From contig OZ024744.1 in assembly GCA_964016885.1 (NCBI GenBank), positions 96,038,001-96,102,000 of the forward strand: a stretch of 64,000 bases of DNA. The letters are read 5' to 3'. The stretch's first letter is position 1, and each line of letters begins with the position of its first letter. The notes under the pieces were generated by a model, which was not told the DNA's origin, ran no database searches, and worked only from the letters and a program-made list of their open reading frames with translations. Origin of the DNA: Eledone cirrhosa (lineage: Eukaryota). A program made the translations under genes and the position numbers. Of this stretch, positions 54,451 through 64,000 are shown piece by piece.

Positions 54451-56612
54451 TGGTAGAACACTGGAAGGTAATATCCGTAGTGGTAGACCACTCATTCTGT
54501 GGGACCAGTTAGGTAGAAGTAGTTACACAGCAGTTAGTTCACCATATCGAGAACAATTGTTTCACCTTAGCGGATCTTCAGCTCGTAATGGACATGGTTA
54601 TACGGAACAGGAAGGACAACCGCACGAACGCGCATGCGCAGAAACAGGTCACTTCAAACAGGCAATACTAAAATGCGTGGAAGATAACTGCGAAAGTCCG
54701 AAAAGTTTTTAGTTGATAAGAAAATTATGATGTTGTTGTAATGATTCAATCCGGAGCTTTGTAGTTATGCAAGAGGTGTTTCGAGACGTGTGAACAACGT
54801 GTGAAGAATTCATTCCTCGTGTTTAGGCAATCACTATTGCATAATCTCTTTAGAATATTTATTCGTTCATCAATACATGGTCCACACGAACGATTTCCCC
54901 TTGCGTATGGCTTGGACTTAGTGATGGCTTTCCATTGAATGGAGTAGTCTATATTTGAGTCCTTGAGGGACCATACGTGGCTCGCGAGTTTCGTGGATGA
55001 ACGTTTGTCCGGGTACCTAAAGGTCGACTGGTGGTTCAGGAAACGTTCCTTAAATCGGCCCTCCGCCATGCCCACATAGGATTTGACCTCCGGTGGTCGG
55101 TTTTGTCGGTTGGAAGTGACCACAGCTTCATAAACTACAGCGGGTGTGTTGCATTGCTGTTGAAGGGGACAAGCTTCGAGCTTTCGGCAAGAGCACTCTG
55201 GTGGGGTGTTTCTCCTAGGGCTGCTGGTGATGTGGCCTTCATGTTCTTAGCGCAGGGGTATCCTAGTTTAACTTTGTGTCGGTTAAAGATGGAGCGGTAT
55301 TTATGACCTATGGGAAAGTGTCTATCTAAGAGGGCTAGAAATTGTTTGTCTACATTGGTTTTAACGTTGAGTGAGAAGGGAGGAGATAGTTTGTCTATTG
55401 TTACGCTTTCTTTTCTTATTGCTGTTGTTGATAGTGGGAGAGTAAGTGATAGGTTGCGAGAAGCCGCTGTTAGCTAATGCCGTGTTATAGTAGGGTCCGC
55501 CCTGTCAAAATAGCCTTATTACAAGGACTCATGCCACCCTCCCACTGTTTTTAGAAACTTTGTAAATAACATCAGTACTAGAATCTCTAACCTCTCCTCT
55601 AATAAGGCTATCTTTGAGAGGGCGGCACCCTACTATAACACGGCGTTAACTAACAGTGGCTTCTCGCAACCTATCACTATCAACAACAGCAATAAGAAAA
55701 GAAAGCGTAACAATAGACAAACTATATGGTTCTCTCCTCCTTTCTCACTCAACGTTAAAACCAATGTAGGAAAGAAATGTCTAGCCCTCTTAGATAGACA
55801 CTTTCCCATAGGTCATAAATATCGCTCCATCTTTAACCGACACAAAGTTAAACTAGGATACTCCTGTGCTAAGAACATGAAGGCCACATCACCAGCAGCC
55901 CTAGGAGAAACACCCCACCAAGGTGCTCTTGCCGTAAGCCCGAAGCTTGCCTCCTTCAACAGCAATGTAACACACCCGCTGTAATTTATGAAGCTGTGGT
56001 CACTTCCAACCGACAAAACCAACCACAGGAGGTCAAATCCTATGTGGGCATGGCGGAGGGCCGATTTAAGGAACGCTTCCTGAACCACCAGTCGACCTTT
56101 AGGTACTCGGACAGACGTTCATCCACGAAACTCGCGAGCCACGTATAGTCCCTCAAGGACTCAAATATAGACTACTCCATTCAATGGAAAGCCATCACTA
56201 AGTTCAAGCCATACGCAAGGGGAAATCCATCGTGTGGACTATGTATTGATGAACGAATAAATATTCTAAAGAGATTATGCAATAGTGATTGCCTAAACAC
56301 GAGAAATGAATTCTTCACACGTTGTCCACACGTCTCGAAACACCTCTTGCATAACTACAAAGCTCCGGTTGAATCATTACAACAACATCATAATTTTCTT
56401 ATCAACTAAAAACTTTTCGGACTTTCGCAGTTATCTCCCTTACACCTCTCGCACGCATTTTAGTATTGCCTGTGTGAAGTGACCGGTTTCTGCGCATGCG
56501 CGTTCGTACGGTTGTCTTTCCTGTTCCGTATAACCATGTTCGTTACGAGCTGAAGATCCGCTAAGGTGAAACAATTGTTCTCGATATGGTGAACTAACTG
56601 TTGTGTAACCTC

Positions 56613-56616
<4 letters not shown>
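54448..56616. mobile_element. Head-to-head pair of 5'-truncated PLE-B-family copies
   Basis: Minus arm 54448-55520 and plus arm 55520-56616. Each has an RT C-terminus, GIY-YIG and pLTR. HHRs at 54548-54585 (minus) and 56546-56583 (plus). Confidence 0.92.
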
Positions 56617-56681
<65 letters not shown>

Positions 56682-56819
56682 TGTATATATAGTATATTTG
56701 GCAATATACTGTATGCTTAATTAAAAGCATTTTGAACACCTTACGCTATTGTTTTAAAGTAGTGACTATGTTACTTACTTCTTTTTTCAACAAACAAAGG
56801 GAGATAAGCTGACAGATCT

Positions 56820-58386
56820 CTGTTTCATACTGTTGATCTTCTCTATCAGTGCCTACTCTCTGGCCTCAGTGTAAGCGGTTCAGAGTTTTTCCCTCATCAC
56901 CTCCACATTCCCCTTCCTCTCCTCCGTAGAATCAGTATAGAATTGGTCCTTGGCAGCTTTCGGATGTTCTCTGGCTGCACACACTTTTGGGTCTGCAAAG
57001 CTGACGTGCTTCCTTTTGTTCTTTTTCCTCGGCACCAGGGTCTCACTTGCTTCCGCCACTGCATTGGTGAAGTACCCGTACCTCCTTGTCACACTCTCCT
57101 CAGTCCCTCCAATCTCTCTCTCCTCTGTCTCTCCACACAGAGCACTGAACCTGTTCCTCACTTCCACTGTGAACCTCTCCTGTAGCTTATCATCTTCATT
57201 GAAAGCTCCCCAGTCATAGATTGCTCTCCGGGGCTGAGCCTTGCCCTTTCTTAAGCTCACCCGGACCTCACTCATAACAAGCCGGTGGTCACTGCCCAGT
57301 GTACTGAAATAGTTGTATGGTTCTGTGTTCAGAACACTATTATTCCGCCACTTTTTCCTCACCAGAATGAAATCAATCTGGGACTTGGACAGGTGCATAT
57401 CTGAGATGTAGGTCCACATCTTCCCCGGATTCTTCCTAAACCTTAGGTTGGTTGCTATCAGGTTCGCCTTCAGTAGGGTGTCTCTCAGTAGTCTTCTATT
57501 TTGGTTGGTGTTGTTATGGAAGTACCAGCAAGGATCTTCACTGCCCTCCTTACTCAGATGTGCATTGAAGTTCCCCTGAACAAGCAGGATGTTGTGAGCT
57601 GGTGTGGTGTTGACAGCTCTACACACCTCCTCATGGAACTCTTCCGTACTCATATCACTGTCTCCCTCGGTTGGACTATAGGCTGAGATCACTGTCAGTC
57701 TTGGGTTTCCATTGAAGGTCACCCTCAACACTTGCGGGGAGACAGGTATTATTTCCCTTACCAATAGAATTGTTTTTGTGCTGAAAACAAAACCCACTCC
57801 TCCTACTGCAGCATTGGTCATGTTCTTCACTGCCGATGTGGTGATGAGCTGGCTCCTCTTCCCGATCATCACACTCCTCACGGGCTCATCGTATAGGATC
57901 CTGTATTCTTGGATCACAAGTATCTGTATACCACTCTCCTTGAACAGATGTCCCAACTCCTCTCTCTTCTCCAGCATCCGAATAGTCCTCACATTCAAAG
58001 TGCCCATTTTGATGGCTCTTCTGCAGGACAAAACTGCATTCTTTATATTTGTCTCAGAGACAGCTGATCCATCATCCACTGGCCCTCCCTGTGGCTCTAA
58101 GCCAGCAGAGTCATAACGACCAGGCTGCTCCTTGACAGTGTAATTAGGGGCTCTAATTCTAGTGCTGTTAAATATACTCTCCATGTTCTTTTAAATGGCT
58201 GACAATACCTTACCGGCGCCACTCGAATAAGGTCATTACTTAACCCATAAACGGGGCCCTAACAGGTACTACTACTCCGGGCCAGAGCACACCTGAGAGT
58301 TATGACAACTAAGAGGTAACTCCACGTTCCCCACAGCTCCTGAATTCCCGAACTGGAGCTTTGCCACTGGATGTAGTTTAATGTCA
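56820..58386 (-). mobile_element. RTE LINE 5' part (5' UTR plus APE endonuclease ORF 56880-58184), inverted
   Basis: MGTLNVRT, LVIQE, GGVGF, VISAYSPT, GNFNAH, QIDFILV, GSDHRLV. Confidence 0.92.
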
Positions 58387-59468
58387 CTGACTTTAGGAAG
58401 GCCTTTGATTCTGTGGACCGTCACTGCTTGATGAAGATCTTACAGGCTTATGGAATCCCCAAGAAGATAGTGGACCTGGTATCACTGCTCTACACCAACA
58501 CCAAAGCCCAAGTCATTACACCTGATGGGATGACAGAGTTCTTTGAGATACTGGCTGGAGTGCTCCAGGGAGATACATTGGCTCCCTACCTTTTTATCAT
58601 CGTCGTGGACTGTTGTATGCGCCTTGTGCTGGAGAAACACCAGGACTCCGGCTTTACTGTAGCACTGGCTCAGAGTAGGAGAGTTAAGGCAAAAGATATA
58701 TCGGATGCTTAATTTGCCGACGACATAGTTTTGGTGACAAACAGTGAAGGAGGCAGAGGATTTGATGCAGGAGGTGGAGACTGTGTCGATGGGTGTGGAG
58801 CTGAGAATGAATGAGATTAAGACAAAATATCTGGTAGAGAATATTAAGAAGCCAGAGAAGATTACTAATGTAGGCGGGAAGCCGCTAGAATTGGTTGAGG
58901 ACTTCCTGTATTTGGGAGCAAAGATTGGGAATACGGAAGATGATGTGGTTGAGAGGAAGAGCAAGGCCTGGGCGGCATGCCACAGCTTGAGATCGGTGTG
59001 GAAGTAGGACCTTCGTAAAGACCTGAAAATCCGCCTCTTCATTGCTGTAGTGGAGTCTATGCTGCTGTACGGGTCTGAGACTTGGACACTGACCAAGAAA
59101 CTCACTCAGATGGTGGATGGGTGCTACACGAGAATGCTGAGGATGGCTCTGAACATTAATCAGTATACACTGAGGATGAAAAACTCAGAGCTGTATGGGA
59201 GCATCCCAAAAGTCAGCTCAAAAGTAACACAGAGAAGACTGAGGTTGGCTGGACATGCTCACCGACATCCAGAGTTGGCACTGCATTCAGTGCTCATGTG
59301 GGAGCCCCTACATGGACACACTAGAAGAGGAATACCGAAGTTAACAGAGGTTGATACCCTAAGGACAGACACTGGTCTGTTGGAGATGCAGGACATGGCA
59401 GCGATAATGAGGGACACAGACCACTAGAGAGAACTCGTCCATGGATCTCGGGAATTTTACCCGCCCTA
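58387..59468 (+). mobile_element. RTE LINE 3' part (reverse transcriptase, disrupted)
   Basis: DFRKAFDSV, GVLQGDTLAPYLF, FADD, LYGSETW. Same family as 30716-31384. Confidence 0.93.
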
Positions 59469-59948
59469 TATATTTATACATATATATATATATATTAATT
59501 TGTTTCTCTGCAGAGAGAGAGAGAGGGAGAGGGAGAGAGAGAGAGAGAGAGCAAACAAAAAAAAAAGGGTTTGCTTTACTATTGTTGGTCAATACCAATT
59601 TCTAGGTGGAACATAAGGTGTGGCCATCAAAAATATCGTAGGGGATGTTCGGGCAAGTAGGCGTTTCCTGGACCAACCCCCTCACCCCCTAAAAAAAGAA
59701 GTTAGTTTGTGTTTTAGATAAGCGAGTTCTGATTCCTAACACATTAAGTACTTACTGTGATAAAAGTTGTTTAACCTGTTGCAAACATCAGCTGGCATCT
59801 CTCCATCATATTAACCGAGTGTTAAAGATGTACTATTACTGTGTTACGTTTTCTTTTTTTTTGTGCGTTCTTTTTTGTTCTTTTTTTGTTCTTTTTTGTT
59901 CTTTTTTGTTTTTTATTTGTTTTTTATTTAAATAGGAAAGAAAGGAAG

Positions 59949-60110
<162 letters not shown>

Positions 60111-60138
60111 ATGTAAATACATATATATATACATATGT

Positions 60139-60178
<40 letters not shown>

Positions 60179-60204
60179 GTATATATATATATATGTATAT
60201 GTAT

Positions 60205-60281
<77 letters not shown>

Positions 60282-60575
60282 GGCTGATAATTATCTGAAC
60301 ATCCATCAAAACTATTAAGCTAGAAACATCTTTATAAAAATGTCACAGTCAATTAAGAGGAACCAATAATTTCATATTCAGAACCTTATGCTTATGCTTC
60401 ACATGAACCATGTCTCTATTGATTTACAACTAAATATGGTTTACACATCAATCGTTTGCCATATGAAATGAGCTCTGATACTGCGCCAGTGTTGTTGTTT
60501 TTTTTTTCTATTTTATTTTATTTTATTTTATTTTTATATTATTTTATTTATTTGTTATTAGTTTTTTTAATTTTT

Positions 60576-60614
<39 letters not shown>

Positions 60615-60689
60615 TCTATTTATTTATTATATATTTTGTTGTTGTTGTGGAATTAGTTTATCGGACTGATGATGTCTGAAACTTTATTA

Positions 60690-60733
<44 letters not shown>

Positions 60734-60749
60734 TTATTATTTTATATAA

Positions 60750-61012
60750 GCGGTTGATTGGCAGTATAGGTAGAAGGTAGGACCCCATCCATGATTTGCA
60801 GCTTATAGTTACGGCCCTTTATGATCTGAGTTCAAATCCTGCCGAGGTTAACTTTGCCTTTCATCCTTACGGGGGGTCGATAAAATAAAGTACCAGTAAT
60901 GCACTGAGATAATTGCTGGATTTGTGCCAAAAGTAGGAAACAATTATTTATTTTTTGATATAGGCGGTAGATTGGCCGTATTGGTAGTAGGTCGGACGCC
61001 ATGCTTTGACGC
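60750..61012 (+). mobile_element. Family-A SINE plus second 5' fragment
   Basis: A and B boxes plus central domain. Confidence 0.85.
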
Positions 61013-61493
61013 ATATACCTTCCTGCCAGATGATTGAACGTCTGAAAGTATATACTTTCCTTATGCATATTAACGGCTGAGCAGCCTAATTTGCATATCG
61101 AGTGAGTTAGTCGGCCGGGCGTACCTAAAAAGATGCTGACGATAGCTAATAAGCTTGAAACTAGTACATCGTTCCTGTGTCAGTGTTGAACAAAAGGGCG
61201 ACGATGGTTGCCGAGCACTGTACGGCGTAATTCGGGCTGTTTGTTTACAAACAAGCCGAACATTATAATAAATGTTCGGTAAACCAATACGTACATATAT
61301 ATATGTGTGTGCATGTATGTATATATATATACATATTACTGTACGTCTGTACACATATATGTATGTACGTATACATACTTATATATATATATATATAGAT
61401 ATACAAGTGGAAGCTTAGTAAAATCGAAGCTTCGGCTGTGGCCAAGCTAACGACCTACAATTAGTAATGAGCAGCAAAACACTCAATATTCAA

Positions 61494-61541
<48 letters not shown>

Positions 61542-61548
61542 GTATATA

Positions 61549-61582
<34 letters not shown>

Positions 61583-61598
61583 CATACATATATATATG

Positions 61599-61645
<47 letters not shown>

Positions 61646-62016
61646 CAGGAAAGAAGGTTGACATGGTTTGCTATACAAAAAAGGTTTTTAATCTCATAGC
61701 TGACAATTGTTTCTCTGAACTGGTAGGTCTAGAGATCGCTATTCGCTTGTTTTCACGTTACTCGATCGCCAATACAAAATTATAACCAGCCAGTCCTTCG
61801 GAGCGTGCGAGAATGAAGAAAATACACACAGGCAAGAAAAGAATATACAGGCTACTATATGAAGTAGTAATGGCATTCAATTAGAACAATAACAACAATC
61901 TGTAAGTCAACCTTGTTGAGTCAAACCAAGCCAAGCGTTGATATCATCCACTATCTGGAATACCATAACTGGACTTTACCTAAGTGGACTGCATTTAACT
62001 ATTATTTGTTACCCCG

Positions 62017-62053
<37 letters not shown>

Positions 62054-62055
62054 AT

Positions 62056-62103
62056 ATATATATTTCGATGATAGCCATTGAGTGGCTATGACCTCATCAG
62101 CCA
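62056..62103 (-). ncRNA. Hammerhead related to the 6094 family, 3'-truncated by (TA)n
   Basis: CTGATGA-GGTCATAGCCA-CTCAA-TGGCTATCATC-GAAA-TATATA-TA. Confidence 0.65.
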
Positions 62104-62171
62104 GTTAGTCAGTTCTTAGATATGCCAGCTCCGTGTTTATAGTGTTGATTGTATCAGAGCCTTGGGACATA

Positions 62172-62204
<33 letters not shown>

Positions 62205-62255
62205 ATATATATATATTTATACATATATATATATATATATATACATATATATATG

Positions 62256-62336
<81 letters not shown>

Positions 62337-62438
62337 TATTAATATTAATAAATATTTGCTTTACGGTTCTTATATATTTTATATATATTTATCCTTATCG
62401 AGCCCTCTTTGGATTTTAGTCTTCAAATTTATTATTAT

Positions 62439-62480
<42 letters not shown>

Positions 62481-62806
62481 CTTGCTTACATCTCACTCAC
62501 GTCGGACGGTCTGTACCTCTCTCGCTCATGAAATCCACCCAGCTTATGCAGACCGGACAACCATGTTGCTTGTTTATTTTCCTATCTTTGGTTTGCCTTT
62601 ATCCTTCTATGTTGTTTACTTGTCCCCCTCGCTTTACGCGATTTACTGGTCCCAATAACTTTTTTTAGTTATTGCTCACACCAACCTGAGGTATATGATT
62701 TTTAATGCGATGATATATACCAATGATGGTTGGAAAATCACTGACGAAGGACTATTTTTATCATATGTAACCCATGTGCAACCACGCAGTATTCTTCTTT
62801 CTTCTC

Positions 62807-62885
<79 letters not shown>

Positions 62886-62899
62886 TTTTACATAATTTA

Positions 62900-63371
62900 C
62901 ACATCACCGAATTCTTTCGCTAATATAGGGGTTCCCTCCCTTGCTGAATACCATGTGCGTTTTCGGCTATAGGTCCCTTCTGTATTATTGAACGGGAACT
63001 CGTTGAAGAAGCTTTTCCTCGTTCGTCTCCTCTCTAGAGGTCATATATATTTTTTATGTGGGCTGATAGTGATTTGATTAAGGAATTGCAGAAACCCAAG
63101 AAGCTAGATTTTAACATCTTTCTAGCGGGTCCGGGTGAGTTTTTTTACATTCATTTAATTTATTAATTTATTGATATTTTATTTGAGTGACCCGAATCTT
63201 CCTGGTCGTTCTTTTTCGGCTGCACGGGTGATTTTAGGCATGATCTCTGTGTGTTGGTATTTTAACGATAGTTATAGCTCTGGTTTATCCAAACTATTGA
63301 GCCCTCTGCCACACATGTCGGATATTGTTTATCGTGATTTCGTGGGCCGATATTCCGATTCCCGATCATTC

Positions 63372-63380
<9 letters not shown>
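62900..63380 (+). mobile_element. Diverged copy of the 606-bp element with UUGAAGA hammerhead (62998-63136)
   Basis: Colinear similarity to 5070-5502, with the same 3' end TTCTACTA(TA)n. Confidence 0.75.
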
Positions 63381-63441
<61 letters not shown>

Positions 63442-63745
63442 CAGGCCAGTTTGTCCATGAAAGTAATCCGCTGTTCAAACACAGACTAGGTAAATCTAAT
63501 GTTTCAGCAATCTGAGATTGACAAAATAATTATCTATGTCATACTGGAATAACATTTTGGAAGAGAGTGTGTGTGGTGGTGGTGGTGGTGGTAGTGGTGG
63601 TGGTGGTGGTGGTGGGTGGTGGAGTGGGGGGGTGAGGGCAACAACAACAACAACAACAACAAACTCTCCCACTCTCTATCTTTCTCTTTCTCTCTGTTAA
63701 AAAAAAGCAGGAGCAACAACTACAACAACAAACATTACGCCCCCC

Positions 63746-63780
<35 letters not shown>

Positions 63781-64000
63781 CTCTGTTAAAAACAACAACA
63801 ACACTCTTCCCACTCTCTCCGTCTCTCTCTCTCTTTCTCTCACTTTCTCTCTCTCTCTCTCTCTCTCGGTTACATAACAACAACACTCCTCCCACTCTCT
63901 CTCTCTCCCTCTCTCTCTGTTACATAACAACAACACTACTCCCACTCTCTCTCCTCCCTCTCCTCCCCATTCTCCCTCTCCTCCCCATTCTCCCTCTCCC

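Noticed and set aside
60664-60690. CTGATGA-TGTCT-GAAA hammerhead-like string (similar isolated half-cores at 44442, 54148 and 62741)
   Set aside because: No closable stem I/III, or the second core half is missing.

Overview
AT-rich, microsatellite-dense animal DNA, most likely an intergenic or intronic region of a coleoid cephalopod (octopus). The taxon is inferred from recalled SINE families and base composition, not verified. No host gene exon could be supported. The window is almost entirely mobile DNA. It holds two near-full-length Penelope-like elements (PLEs; RT plus C-terminal GIY-YIG) with pseudo-LTRs, a head-to-head PLE pair, RTE LINEs (one 5'-inverted), CRE-type fragments, Helitron and mariner remnants, tRNA-derived SINEs (two tandem arrays) and several satellites, including a 4.9-kb 36-bp array. 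The main hidden signal is about 30 type I hammerhead ribozyme (HHR) motifs from over a dozen unrelated families, read by eye on both strands. They include (i) a 325-bp non-coding retrozyme-like monomer with a canonical HHR and an octamer site, (ii) a 606-bp monomer with a large non-canonical (UUGANGA) HHR, (iii) a family with a conserved multi-helix insert in stem II, and (iv) a chimeric insertion whose junction lies at a predicted HHR cleavage site, linking a PLE to the retrozyme. All ribozyme folds are manual predictions and boundaries are approximate.
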